Source: Octopus bimaculoides
Lineage: Eukaryota
Direction: 5' to 3'
Length of the DNA: 64,000 bases
Assembly (NCBI RefSeq): GCF_001194135.2
Contig: NC_068990.1
Span: 10,812,207-10,876,206, forward strand
The notes beneath the pieces were generated by a model that saw nothing but the letters and a program-made list of their open reading frames with translations, was not told the DNA's origin and ran no database searches. The position numbers and the translations under genes were made by a program. Shown here piece by piece: positions 30,130-44,221 of this stretch (the stretch's first letter is position 1; each line of letters starts with the position of its first letter).

Positions 30130-30844
30130 CAGTACGATGTTCTTATTTTCAACTTCATCTCTTCCAAGTTTCGATGGAATTGAAAACCAGCTCTGAAAGT
30201 TTTGACGGTACTTATACGAATACGTCTATATAAATGATGCTTTAAAAAAGGTATAAAAATAAATAATGGCTGTATATGAACATTTCATTAGCACTACATC
30301 CAACCCACCAGCTAACCACGAACGCGTTGCTTAAATATCCGCTACGTTCAGCAGTGTAACATTATTGGATAGACCAATTTGTATATCAAACACACTCGTG
30401 GCATCTGGTATGTAAATGTTAATTGCTGGCAAGGACACAGCATTTCGTTATATGTATATTCATATTCATACGCACATATACACTTGAGGGTTAACACATA
30501 AGTCCATTACACACACACAAAAACATACGTGCATGCACACACAAACACACACACTTACTCACCTACATACGTACAGACATTTACGCACGCACATGTACAC
30601 ACAAGTAAGTTAGTATCTTATTCTGAAAATAATTATCCTTCTTAGACTAATTTATTCATTGCTACAGGGCAGTGATACATTGCATCTAACTTAGTTTTTC
30701 TTTAAATAAACAGCAGTGACGGTAAGAATACCGACAGTAATTGCTTAACAGTAAACGCTGTAGACCACAAACCAAGCAAAACGGTTTCGAATTATACATT
30801 TCACTGCCGTCATCTAAAACGTGATCACCGTCGTCTTCGAAAAT

Positions 30845-31306
30845 CATAATGGTCATCGTCGTCGTCGAAGTCATCATCATTATCGTCATCATTATCACGC
30901 AACAGAATAATAATCATTGAAGCAATGGAACAAACCCAACACTAAGCAGCAGCAGCAACAGCAACAACAACTACAGCAACAGCACCGCAATCATAATAGT
31001 AACAACAACAATAACGAACCCCCCACCTGCCAATATGGAAGATCTCACTCTAAAGCAAATGAACTGGTGATGAGTAACATAGAGGATCATGTATTTGCCT
31101 TCAGCAAAATGCTCTCTTATCGCTGTTCTCTCATGTATTGCAATCATCTTAAGATACAAAAAAGCATCGCTAAGTCGTGCACTGCAGTAAATTGAATAAA
31201 GCAGTCCTCCGCTAAATCAATCACACATGGATTGAAATAAGAGCAGCCATGCTGATACCGGTATTGATGAAGAATGCGATGGTGATGAGAGGCTTACTGC
31301 TGGTGG

Positions 31307-31369
<63 letters not shown>

Positions 31370-31376
31370 CGACGAC

Positions 31377-31419
<43 letters not shown>

Positions 31420-31604
31420 CTGATGACGATGATGATGATGATGATCGTGGTGGTGGTGGTGGTGCTGCTGCTGCTGTTGCTGGTGGTTACTCTAGTGGTG
31501 ACGGTAATGATAGTGGTGGTGGTAGTGTGGTATTAGTGTGGTGGTGATCTGGGTGATGGTTATGGCCTAGAAGGTAATGTTGACGACGACGACAATGGTG
31601 ATGG

Positions 31605-31657
<53 letters not shown>

Positions 31658-31721
31658 GTGGTGGTGATGGTAGTGGTGGTGATGATGATGGTGGTGGTAT
31701 TGATGATGATGACGATGACGA

Positions 31722-31755
<34 letters not shown>

Positions 31756-32010
31756 GGTGGTGGTGGTGATGGTGTTAGTGATGATGATGACGATGATGAT
31801 GATGATGATGTCGACGACTAAGGTTATAAAATTGGCGCTGGCGGCGGCTGTGGTGGCTGGCATCGCGGTGATTATGATAGCGTGATGCTAATAATGACTT
31901 TCAATATTGCGCAGGATGAGGGTGAAGAGGGGACAGAGTGGTGCAACTACTGCCTCTGATATTACGGTTGCACGACGATGACGATGGCGATGACGATGAT
32001 GAGGGCATCA
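30845..32010. repeat. Mosaic trinucleotide low-complexity region (CAT/CAG/CAA, then GAT/GAC/GGT/GCT)
   Basis: Long (GAT)n runs at about 31308-31445 and 31590-31810, interleaved with (GGT)n and (GCT)n. Confidence 0.95.
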
Positions 32011-34039
32011 TTGACAATATTGGTAATACTGAAGATAAATAGCGAAGAGAACAGCCCATATATAATGTATACTCGGCGGGGATGATTACAACAATGGTGT
32101 TTATAACGACGATGGCAACATGACGTGGATAATGATGTCCACAACATTTTTAGCCCAATGCTTGTGTGATTGTGATAACAATGGCCACAGTTGAAGAAAC
32201 TTGATTGTGATACTAAACATAGTGATGGAGTGGATAACAGCAGGCAGCGCTGGCGCGTGAGCTGATTGAGGCAATAGAAAATTGATAGCATTACTATTTT
32301 AGAAAGTGTATTTCTTCCTTTTTTCCTCTCTTCGGTTTTTTGGTTTTCGTCTTTCTTTTACTTTTATTTTATTTCTCTCGTTTTGTTTTCAATTTTCTCC
32401 CGTTTATTTTCCACTCAGCACCCATACACCTATCGCTGTTCATTCAGAAGAAAAGGAAATCCAATATCTTTAACAGGTCAATTCTATTTTCTATAAGGTA
32501 CAACGCTTTAGTGTTTTGTGTTTTTACATTTCTTGTTTGGCCGATCAGTTGTTTGATTGCTTCATTATTTCTGAAATTGCCATTCTATTTCAATTTCACT
32601 TTGAATAGAGAGAAAAATCTTGGTTTCATCCGATTAACGTTTTCTACATGTTCAGCTGAAATGGTTGTCAGTGTGAGGTAACAAACCTTGAAAGACTATT
32701 TGCCTTCCCTGTCGTAGTGGAAACTAGCGTTTCATTCTTTACGGAGAGAGAATTAAATATGTTTATTTGTCTTATTTATTATCTTCAGCAATTCTTTATG
32801 TGGTATATTTCTGCTCCATTCATTCCATTTAATTCACGAACACATAAATCATAACACTGAATACATGTTGAACCATTGTACATTTCAGTGATTAAATATC
32901 TCGCTTAGAGAAATATAAATTGTACTACGGAGGTTCATGTGCGTCATTATACACAAATGCATATAAACTGACGTTCACACACACATTTCAATATATGCAT
33001 ATGCGTACAAGCCCATATATATTTATTCTACGGTGGACATATAACTGCTTAACAACTGTAAAGTGACTTCTTATTTCGAATTAGGAAGGTCGAATCACAT
33101 CAGCCAATGTAAGTCAAGAGGTCGAAAATGCTACCGTCTCTGTCAAAGTCTAGTTATTAAATTGTACGTTAGACTACACAGCGGAATCCATCATCGAAAG
33201 CCGTTTCTGAGTGTAACTGAAGAGAAAGTATTTAGTGCATTTTCCGAAGTTTTGTGAGTTGATTCAGAATCTCCAAAGAAATGAAAATTCACTAGAATGA
33301 AACTTCGCGTGTGACGAAAGCAGCTAAGCATTCAATCAGGTCTTTCATTAAGGAATACTATGTGATGTTCGAGTACTTAAATCTAGATTTCACATGTGTG
33401 GGATTTGCGCTATCGTACTATGTTGGGATGTAAGAATAGAACATTCACAACCTTAATCCCTGAGTTTACAAATACCTGTAAAGAGAGCTGCGGAGTTTCC
33501 AAAGCCGAACATAATCATTTGAAGAAGATTACTAACTTCAGCAATGTGTGCATTGAAAATGTTAGAGATGTGAAAGTGAGCTGATATCTTACTCTGAATA
33601 GGAGGTTCATGGATAGATACGCGGAGATATCACATTGTGAAGATTGTTTCAAACCAGATTATTTTCCTCTGATAAAGTCACCTCTAAACTGGAATGGCGA
33701 GTGCATAATCTATGTACTTCATTTTCTGCAAACATCCCAGCATAGCACATTCTCATTAAGTGGGATTCCCCAATCAAACATATCCCTTTTCGGGGATATG
33801 CTGGAGTTTTCTTAGGTATAAGGACGTTAAAAATACTCTAAGTATAGCTGGAAATCGATGATTAGAATAATATGTGGATACATGCAGTTCATGTACTTCT
33901 CAAACTTTTAAGTAGTACCTGTATATTCAAATATAACCTAAAATCTAATTAATTTCATATTGACACCATCACTTGTATTAAAACCAAATTCCTTGGATAC
34001 GATTATTTAGCTTTCCTAGAATTTCGCCACAATCTGGTC

Positions 34040-34260
34040 ATGTGTAAATCCACTTACAAACCATCACTTTCCAATTTAAGAGCAAATATTCTGCTCCATA
34101 CCTCAGATTTGTTTGTCAGGTGCTTGACCTTAACCACTTGAGCATGTCATTTAGTGGCTAACAATACGTGCATTTCTGATTATGAGTAGGCCTAGTGGGG
34201 GAGCATCATAGCCATGTGTAGAGAGAGGGTTTCTTTAGGGTTTGAATAAATGTAACAACA
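34040..34260. repeat. Unclassified interspersed repeat fragment
   Basis: tcaggtgcttgaccttaaccacttgagcatgtcatttagtggct...gtgggggagcatcatagccatgtgt resembles an abundant octopus repeat as I recall it; single copy in this window. Confidence 0.35.
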
Positions 34261-34870
34261 GCAAAGTTTGAAGGAAATATTAGGCACTTATCATACTGTC
34301 TAGGAGTAGGCAAATGATAAATGTTGACAATCAACGACAAAAATCGTTCGTGTTACACTGTGTAATTAGTAAGGAATTTGAAATTTGAATGTTTGAAGAT
34401 TAAAAGTAAATACTACTTGGCCATTTGTCCGAGATTCTTTAATATATTTCGGTTAGCTGACTAATGACTTGTGTTTTTCCTTCACATTCATTTACACAGG
34501 AACAGTACTTAAGGTCTAGTTAAGTGTAACAACCTTAATTTTGTCTTAATGCATAATAACTCCAAGAACAATGTCGATTCAAATAATATCTGATATTGAA
34601 ACAAAGAGAAAGTGAGTTAACTTGTTTTATGCATTATAGTCTTGCACGCAATGCTTATAGTTATCCTCGTGATATAATATATTCAATGTAGTCAAATCGA
34701 ATATTTGGAATACAGCTAAATCTGAATGCTTTCACGTGGTAGAATTAGAATTGATTGTACTAATAGATTTACATCATCAATGCTGCTTTTATAAACACTT
34801 ACATAAGAGAACCAATGACGAAGTATTGTAAATACTATAAATAAAAGCAAAATATTTCTCCTACATTACA

Positions 34871-34985
34871 GGCGAAAGCGTGGCCGTGTGGTAAGAAATG
34901 TCCTTCCCAAGAAAATTGTTCTGGGTTCAATCTCACTGCTGGCACCTTCACCAAGTGCTTTCTACTATAGCCTGTATCCAACCAA
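34871..34985 (+). mobile_element. SINE family A, 5' head only
   Basis: gcgtggccgtgtggtaagaa...gggttcaatctcactgctggcaccttcaccaagtgctttctactatagcc. Confidence 0.8.
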
Positions 34986-35069
34986 AATCCATATCAAAGC
35001 ATTTTTGGACTAGTTCAGTAGAGCGCCATCAGGTAGCAGCACACGGTTGCGTGAGCAGTGAGAGCTTTC

Positions 35070-35180
35070 GACGGCCCGAGGCTATAGTAGAAGGCACTTG
35101 CCCAAGGTGCCACGCAGTGGGACTGTACCCAGAACCATGTGGTTGGTAAGCAAGCTACTTACCACACAGCCACTCCTCCG
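35070..35180 (-). mobile_element. SINE family A, 5' head only, inverted relative to the neighbouring head
   Basis: Reverse complement reads ggagtggctgtgtggtaagtagcttgcttaccaaccacatggttctgggtacagtcccactgcgtggcaccttgggcaagtgccttctactatagcctcgggcc. Confidence 0.9.
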
Positions 35181-35788
35181 CTTTAATTTTTTTTTTTAAA
35201 TGAATGACACAATAGATAATTGTAGTCTTGAATCCTTCTAATATATCAACATTGTCAAAGATAGAATGCATTCGATCAGAAATTAGATTGCCGTGGGCTA
35301 AAAAACAACAAGTGTTCGTGAATGGGAGACATGTGTGATACGTTGCATGATATTCAGTCGTGAAAATATATATTATTTAATTAGATAAGCTGATTTTCAG
35401 TTGTCTTAACTATAGTGGCATGAATGTACTCCACGAACATGCGAAATAACTTTTAGATTTGATAGTGTTTGTATGAGTACCGTACTTCACATTTAGACTT
35501 TTCTCGTTGAGTTGGAATAACTTTCGTTTGTTTAAAAGGGCAGAATCGATAGTTCTACATGCTGTATGTCTCCAAGTTGAATGAATTACAATTACTTCAT
35601 GCAAAGAATTTAGTAGCTGTAAAATAATGATGATATAGACGCAGATATACCTGTAGTGTTACAGTAAAGCCAAATATTTTGACCATTCCTTTAAATAGGT
35701 GTACATGCGTGTGTGTGGGTGCGTATTAGCTTGTAGGTGTGTGTGTTTCTATGCGGGTGTGTGTTAATATGCATGAACGCATATATAT

Positions 35789-35835
<47 letters not shown>

Positions 35836-36734
35836 CACAAACACACGCGCACATATATTGTTCTTCTCAAAGAAATTACAACCGAAATGTGCTTCGCCCG
35901 ACAACCCCAGGTTTCTGTCCTGCATTATATTAGCTTCAGCTTTGCTAGTTCTTCAATATCATGCTGCGTATCTGTCAACAATAACAATGTATTTGATTGG
36001 ATTTCGCTTCATCATCTTTTTAGATGCGGGCATCTCGAAAATATAATATCCGAAATATGATGGTATTCATCGTTATTGCAGTGACCGGCAAAGTCTAACC
36101 AATACTTGGGAAGAATAGAAGAGAAGAACACAGCCTGTTTATAAACATAAGTCTATTTTGTCTAATGCTCAAATAGGAAGATATCGAACCCTTCATGTTA
36201 AACTTTTAGAAATTTGTCCAATCAATAGAGTCTATTTTATCTTATTTCCTTTTTGTTCAATTTATATTCATTTTATATTTATATTATTTAATTTGTATTT
36301 TATACTTTTTATTTTCATTATATATATATNNNNNNNNNNNNNNNNNNNNNNNNNNNNNNNNNNNNNNNNNNNNNNNNNNNNNNNNNNNNNNNNNNNNNNN
36401 NNNNNNNNNNNNNNNNNNNNNNNNNNNNNNNNNNNNNNNNNNNNNNNNNNNNNNNNNNNNNNNNNNNNNNNNNNNNNNNNNNNNNNNNNNNNNNNNNNNN
36501 NNNNNNNNNNNNNNNNNNNNNNNNNNNNNNNNNNNNNNNNNNNNNNNNNNNNNNNNNNNNNNNNNNNNNNNNNNNNNNNNNNNNNNNNNNNNNNNNNNNN
36601 NNNNNNNNNNNNNNNNNNNNNNNNNNNNNNNNNNNNNNNNNNNNNNNNNNNNNNNNNNNNNNNNNNNNNNNNNNNNNNNNNNNNNNNNNNNNNNNNNNNN
36701 NNNNNNNNNNNNNNNNNNNTATATATATATATAT

Positions 36735-36805
<71 letters not shown>

Positions 36806-36869
36806 GGATGGATGGATGGATGGATGGATAGATAAATAGATAAATAGATAGATAGATAAATAGATGGAT

Positions 36870-37090
36870 GGCTTCAATCATAAAGGTAATGGCTTTAAGA
36901 ATTTCATCTGGGAAATGATATTCTACAAGAACGGAAACCGATGTCAAATGTCATGGAATATCCAGAAAACGCAACTCATAAGTTTTGTTTAAAGATTTTA
37001 CGACAGAATTGATGTGCCTTCGGGGAAGCCCTTTTGATTCCCAAACAGGATAGGATCAAGTTGATGAGAAATACCCCTAAAACAGTACAA
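36870..37090 (-). mobile_element. Highly decayed LINE RT fragment (RTE-like)
   Basis: FRGIS..LDPILFGNQKGF, FLD..(frameshift)FD and LVEYHFPDEILKAITFM resemble the RT motifs YRGIS / IDPILRxNQNGF / FIDFxKAFD / AYGIPxEIVxAI, with deletions and frameshifts. Confidence 0.45.
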
Positions 37091-37844
37091 GTTCATAATT
37101 TCTTTAGTCATATGTGGTCTATCATTAAACTGTTTCATAATCAACATGTTAAGCTTGTTTAGACAATATATTTCCCTATAATCCAGAAACATTGTCTGTA
37201 AAGAAAAGCCACTATAATTCTGATGGTATCTACACCCAGTTTTCATGTGAGTCGAAGCACGTTATGGCATGAACATATTATTGAAACATATGGATACATT
37301 TTATTGTAGCCTTTGTAGGGTACAATTTGTTTATTACTCCTACCATCAACAGCGGAGATACTTGAAACGTTATAGAAGTTGAACACATCTGAACTTCATT
37401 TATGTTATTAATGGAGGTACATATGATATAGCGTCTGAGCCACGTGGTTGGGGAGAGGTTGTTCATTACGTGTCAAGCTGAAATGCATCCCAGTTGCGAC
37501 AGTGAGAAGAAGAATGAAGAGATGTCAACTGTGTGACCATTGTGCAGAAAACTTTTCTGGTGTACCTTCTTTCGGATTTAACAACAATATTCCATCAACA
37601 TTTGACAAAAGCAGTACGAATATTGGTTATTGTCATTAAGTAAAACAATAAGCTTATTATTCGCTACAATCTGCGAAAAGGCTATTTACAATAAACATCG
37701 GCCTTCGAAGGATAAAAAAGCAAAATGGAGGCCGATGGGAATGTTTCGTTTTATCATTATTTTTGAGACAATAAGGGAATATATAAAGGCTTGGAAAGAA
37801 TGTTGTCTTATTCTTTATCATTTCTATCAACAAAAACAACACCA

Positions 37845-37906
37845 ACGACGACGACGATGACAACAACAACAACAACAACAACAACAATAATAATAATAAA
37901 AATAAC

Positions 37907-37953
<47 letters not shown>

Positions 37954-37960
37954 TAACGAT
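37845..37960. repeat. Compound (GAC)(AAC)n(AAT)n microsatellite
   Basis: Seen directly. Confidence 0.95.
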
Positions 37961-39212
37961 AATACGAACAGTAACAAATTCATAATAGCAAAAATAGAAA
38001 GATAGAGAAAAATATGCATTCTCAAATAGCACTTTTGATATTTTATTTCTTTAATGAAAAGCTACATAGAAATGTCTTTTCAAAAATGAATTATACTTTA
38101 CATTCCTATCCTTATAATCCAGAGGAATCCACTTGAGAAATTAAAAAAAGATCTAATACATCAGTTTCCCTTGCAGGATTTAATTTGCGAAAAATAATCA
38201 GCTATCTGTACATCCNNNNNNNNNNNNNNNNNNNNNNNNNNNNNNNNNNNNNNNNNNNNNNNNNNNNNNNNNNNNNNNNNNNNNNNNNNNNNNNNNNNNN
38301 NNNNNNNNNNNNNNNNNNNNNNNNNNNNNNNNNNNNNNNNNNNNNNNNNNNNNNNNNNNNNNNNNNNNNNNNNNNNNNNNNNNNNNNNNNNNNNNNNNNN
38401 NNNNNNNNNNNNNNNNNNNNNNNNNNNNNNNNNNNNNATATATATATATATATATATATACATACATACATATATGTATGTATGTGTGTATATGTACGCG
38501 TAAACATTACATATGTGCATACATACATACAAGCGTATACACAAAGATATGCATATATATATAGAAATAATATATATAAGCATATAATTATTTCGTTTTT
38601 ACTGCAAATTTCATTTTTTATTTCTTTCCATTATATGTTCGTTTCTAAAAATTTTTCAGTTTTTAATCAATGCAATAAAACCGATATTTGTTGTGCATAC
38701 ATTTTCATATTCTTCTCGTTTAGTTCAATTTATGTTCAATAAACTTGTATTCTGTGTCTACGAACATTAATTTATGTGTGCATTAGCGCTTATGCATTCA
38801 TGCCTGTGAGAGAATACGTGTCTCACCCTAAGTGTGTGCGTTTATGAGTATATATTTCCTATATATATTGTTTGTTTTTTTGTTTATGATGATCTTTTAC
38901 TGGATTTTCCAGGACATAGCACGTGTACATATATTGCTACAAGAAGCTGTCCGTTTAAATCTTTCAACTTAAAGAATTCTTAAGCTTCACTTGCCCACTG
39001 GCTTTTGGCTTTGAAGCTAAAATGGAATTACAGATTAGAATGCAGTCTTAAAACCATAAAGATGAAATCATCTTGAGAAACATGGCTGCAAGTTTTGTAT
39101 GTATGAATGGAGACAGATGCAGATTCAACAGACACATACACACACACACATATATATATACAAATATATACACACATGTATATAGGTACGTATGTATATA
39201 TATGTACGTATG

Positions 39213-39253
<41 letters not shown>

Positions 39254-39263
39254 NNNNNNNNNN

Positions 39264-39611
39264 CACAAAGATATCTCAGGCAATAAAGAATCCTGATGAT
39301 ATTGTAAGCCTGCAGAATGACCTAAATGCAATATATGAGTGGGCAGAGCAAAATAATATGCAGTTCAATGCAAAAACATTTCAAGTACTGCGCTACAAGA
39401 CCACAAGTGTCTCCCAACTGGCATGCACAGGACCTGGAGGTACTGCAATCCCAGAACCACAAACAATAAGAGACCTGGGCATCAACATGTGTAGTGATGC
39501 ATCATTTTACATGCACATTGTCAAGTTGACAGCAAAGTGCAGACAACTGGCAGGGTGGATACTGAGGACATTCCGTACAAGGGATCAAAAAGTCATGTTG
39601 ACTCTATGGAA
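39264..39611 (+). mobile_element. CR1-group LINE RT C-terminal fragment between two gaps
   Basis: (D)TKISQAI...LQNDLNAIYEWAEQNNMQFNAKTFQVLRY...IRDLGINM...FYMHI...CRQLAGWILRTFRTRDQKVMLTLW is typical of the CR1-group RT after the YADD motif. Confidence 0.88.
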
Positions 39612-41489
39612 NNNNNNNNNNNNNNNNNNNNNNNNNNNNNNNNNNNNNNNNNNNNNNNNNNNNNNNNNNNNNNNNNNNNNNNNNNNNNNNNNNNNNNNNN
39701 NNNNNNNNNNNNNNNNNNNNNNNNNNNNNNNNNNNNNNNNNNNNNNNNNNNNNNNNNNNNNNNNNNNNNNNNNNNNNNNNNNNNNNNNNNNNNNNNNNNN
39801 NNNNNNNNNNNNNNNNNNNNNNNNNNNNNNNNNNNNNNNNNNNNNNNNNNNNNNNNNNNNNNNNNNNNNNNNNNNNNNNNNNNNNNNNNNNNNNNNNNNN
39901 NNNNNNNNNNNNNNNNNNNNNNNNNNNNNNNNNNNNNNNNNNNNNNNNNNNNNNNNNNNNNNNNNNNNNNNNNNNNNNNNNNNNNNNNNNNNNNNNNNNN
40001 NNNNNNNNNNNNNNNNNNNNNNNNNNNNNNNNNNNNNNNNNNNNNNNNNNNNNNNNNNNNNNNNNNNNNNNNNNNNNNNNNNNNNNNNNNNNNNNNNNNN
40101 NNNNNNNNNNNNNNNNNNNNNNNNNNNNNNNNNNNNNNNNNNNNNNNNNNNNNNNNNNNNNNNNNNNNNNNNNNNNNNNNNNNNNNNNNNNNNNNNNNNN
40201 NNNNNNNNNNNNNNNNNNNNNNNNNNNNNNNNNNNNNNNNNNNNNNNNNNNNNNNNNNNNNNNNNNNNNNNNNNNNNNNNNNNNNNNNNNNNNNNNNNNN
40301 NNNNNNNNNNNNNNNNNNNNNNNNNNNNNNNNNNNNNNNNNNNNNNNNNNNNNNNNNNNNNNNNNNNNNNNNNNNNNNNNNNNNNNNNNNNNNNNNNNNN
40401 NNNNNNNNNNNNNNNNNNNNNNNNNNATATATATATATATATATAGACATGAAGAGAGAAAGAGAGAATATATGAATACATTCACAGTGAAAACGAAACA
40501 GAGCGCCATTTCTCTCTGTATTTGTGTAGTTATGCCTTCTAGAGTGCTATTCGCTTTCTGTCAATCTTCCCCCGCATAAACTTTCTCTCCCACATTCATT
40601 CCACTCCTCCTCTTCTTTCTCACTATCTGTATGTATTTACACACATTATTCTAGTGCGCGTGCACATACATATACACACATTTATCGAAAGGGAGAGAGC
40701 TATGGAGAGAGAAAAAGCGAGAGACTTTGAGAGGGATTGACAAAAAGGTACATTAATGACCTTCCACTTGTCATTCGAAACTGCACATTCATAAGCAATT
40801 GATATCATTTTTTCTTTAACAACTGCCCAAAAGCACGTCTATGATGTAAAATAGACACAGATTTCTATTCACATATATTCCTTTTCAAGGATTAATATGT
40901 TAGAATGTATTTTCCGTCATAAACCAGATTCTATTACCCCGGCTTACTACCAGCAAACTCACATAGCGTTATCTTCTAAACACGTTTCGATTCATGAAAA
41001 TGTACGTTCAAGCGGGGAAAGAGAATAGTATTGGAGTGTACTTTGACATGAGTAGTTTTTGTCTTAGTGTTGTTGGTGGAATCTCGGTACCATATCCTCG
41101 CTCGATGTTGTTTTAGAAATCTTTACTCATCAGTATAATTCACGCCTGTGAGCATAAATCCAGGTTATGCGCAGATACGTAATAGCCGCGAGTGGAATAT
41201 CCTCTTCGTTGCTGTCCGTGTTGTTAGTTTTGGCGGCAAAAATATATCGTTTATGTACAAATAAATGTGTTACAGTCAAAAGTGGCATATAATATATTTC
41301 TAAGTAAACTTTCTTAAATCCGTTGTATAAACTGTTCGTTTTTTAAAAATATTTGTTGAGTAACACAGAAGTATTAATCATATAATCATGTATTTTACTT
41401 AAATTAAAACTTTTATCAAGCTCTCCACTGAGTTAAGCATATACGCACATACATTCTCATCAACAAACGTACATTCACCTTTATCTTTC

Positions 41490-41732
41490 ATCTTTTAGCT
41501 TTAACCTGTTTTAGTTATTAGACTGCAGCGATGCTGGGAGACCGGCTTGAAATTTTAGCCGATTGAAACGACTTCAGTACTCGTTTATTAATTCTGGTAC
41601 GTATTCTACCGGGACCTTTTGCCGAGCTGCTATCTCACGGAGACGTAAACACACGGCTGTCAAGTGATGATGGGGAACTAACACACGCACAGATATATAT
41701 GTGTGTGTGGAAGTGTGTCTGTGTGTGTGTGT

Positions 41733-41763
<31 letters not shown>

Positions 41764-42250
41764 GGTGTGTGTGTGTGTGTGTGTAATATAATATATGTGA
41801 CAATTAGTCGGTTGCCAAAATAAGAATCGAAGTGTCGGGTGTCGGGGCGGAATTCTGCTCCAGCATCTCGTCGGTCATTAAGACAAACCTTTNNNNNNNN
41901 NNNNNNNNNNNNNNNNNNNNNNNNNNNNNNNNNNNNNNNNNNNNNNNNNNNNNNNNNNNNNNNNNNNNNNNNNNNNNNNNNNNNNNNNNNNNNNNNNNNN
42001 NNNNNNNNNNNNNNNNNNNNNNNNNNNNNNNNNNNNNNNNNNNNNNNNNNNNNNNNNNNNNNNNNNNNNNNNNNNNNNNNNNNATATATATATATATATA
42101 TAATATACAACGGGACTCTTTCAGTTTCCGTCACAAGGATTTGGTCGGCGTGAAGCTATAGTATAAGACACTTGCCCAAGGTAACACGCAGTGGAACTGA
42201 ACCCAGAATCATGTGGTTGAGAAGCAAGCTTCTTACCACGCAGCCACGTC
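41490..42250 (-). mobile_element. SINE family A copy split by an expanded internal (TG)n/(TA)n tract and a gap (tail about 41490-41695, head about 42110-42250)
   Basis: Tail reverse complement (gactgcagcgatgctggg...ttttgccgagctgct..acggagacgtaaacac) and head reverse complement (tctttcagtttccg...gacacttgcccaagg...cttcttaccacgcagccac) share orientation and are in the expected order. Confidence 0.8.
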
Positions 42251-42983
42251 AAACGTGTGCATGTATCTGTCTGCGTGTGTGTATGTCATTGTATGCGTAT
42301 GTGCATTTTCTATGAGTACATGATGCGATTTTAAGTAATTTATTAAAACATACACAAGTGTATTGCGTGTAAATCTATAAAATATCTAGAGACATGAACT
42401 GCTATTATTTTCAAATGACTGTTAGAGGTCTTTTGAAAATGTTTTTGGAAAAAGGCTGCCAATTAATCAAAATCTATACCGCAATGTACTTGCAATCATT
42501 TATATCAATTGTTAGAGACGCCTGTGTCCGTAGGTAATTGCAGGTGCGCTATGCAAGAACTTGTTAGTGACACACACTTATGGACACTTCGTCTTAGAAT
42601 TAGCTAGGTCGGACATTTAGCAAAATGCCTATAACGACCAGCTTTATTAATGCGCCACCCTAACCCTAACCCTGATGAAATACGTTGTCGTTTTGCAGCA
42701 TCGTGATGGGCGTGACCGATGTAGGCAAATCCCAGCTGACTCGGTCAAAATATGAGGAGAAATGTAAGTGTATTGAAAGCAGAACAGCAGAGTAAAATGA
42801 ATGTTAAAATGTGTATGTAATATACGTTTGTTACCTTTTCGTATATGGAATGCTATCTTTCCTTTAGGAGACTATTTCTCTCTCTCCTCCACTTTCTTCC
42901 CTATAGGTATGCGCACTTACACACACACACACACATGGACATATGCATGCGTCTCTTTCTCTCTGTATATATTTATATGTATA

Positions 42984-43049
<66 letters not shown>

Positions 43050-44221
43050 NNNNNNNNNNNNNNNNNNNNNNNNNNNNNNNNNNNNNNNNNNNNNNNNNNN
43101 NNNNNNNNNNNNNNNNNNNNNNNNNNNNNNNNNNNNNNNNNNNNNNNNNNNNNNNNNNNNNNNNNNNNNNNNNNNNNNNNNNNNNNNNNNNNNNNNNNNN
43201 NNNATATATATGTAGCTTGGAAATGAAATTAAGAGCGTAATTTCATAAATCATTGCCGAAATATCTTTCTTTTAAATATATAATTTCAAACGTCAAATCA
43301 CTTGCTTTTTCAATCTGTAAAACGGATATTGTTATTGTCTCTATTTCTCCTCTTCTTTCCTAGAGAGATTACTCGTTGGTTTCTATAGTCATAAAAGTTT
43401 AAATGTAAACAATTATTTTTCATTCTGCTCCATTATTTTTTCTAAAGTAATTAAATAGTACACTGTCTATAATTTAGAGTCCATTTTTCACACGAAACGA
43501 ATTAAACACACGTTATCATTCACTGTTTATAATATAATATACAATGTAAACCAAATATATGTAATACAGATGTATTTTCTTTTAAAATCGCTCCATACCC
43601 GGTAATTATGTTTTCAACCATGGAGTGATACACGACAATTTCGTGTCGTAGGCTTGACCTCCGACTGTTTACGGTAGCCGTTAACGGAAACACACAATGA
43701 CACCAAACAACGCTATATTGAGATTATCCTTAAAAGACTACAGTAACCATTGAATCTTGACAAGTACGACATTTATGAATATAGATACAAGTAGCATCGG
43801 AGTAGATAAATTTATTAATCTTACTTACTATGTTGGGAAGTATGGTAAAGATTTACCGCTTTCCTCTGGGGAAGAATTTAGAACTTAAAGCGCATATACA
43901 TACTTGGTAATTGTATTTGACTCTACATTATAAAAAATACCGTGTAATATGATAGCAAAATTTTGAGAATCAGAATTGTATGTATAGTTTATCTTACCTA
44001 TCCCTGTTGTACGTGTGAGTATGTGAGTGTCTGTGTCTGTGAATGCGCATGTCTGTGAATACGTGTGTGTGTGTGTGTGTATCTGTGAGTACGAGTGTGT
44101 GAATACGTGTGTGTGTGTGTATGCTTATCTTCAATCAGAAATTATGTTGTGTTCAGTCGCTGTATTAAATCTTTAAAACTGCACTTAACTGTACTATACA
44201 GTCAGAAGTGTGGTTATGTGA

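Noticed and set aside
33060-33815. Moderately complex region with three short ORFs
   Set aside because: No recognisable motif in the frames I translated on either strand; stops are frequent.
41805-41892. GC-rich fragment beside a gap whose minus frame (GAEFRPDTRH) faintly resembles an RTE endonuclease motif
   Set aside because: Too short and weak to assign.
42657-42674. CCCTAACCCTAACCCT telomere-type repeat, possibly a Helentron-associated motif
   Set aside because: Fewer than three units, and I could not identify supporting subterminal repeats or termini.
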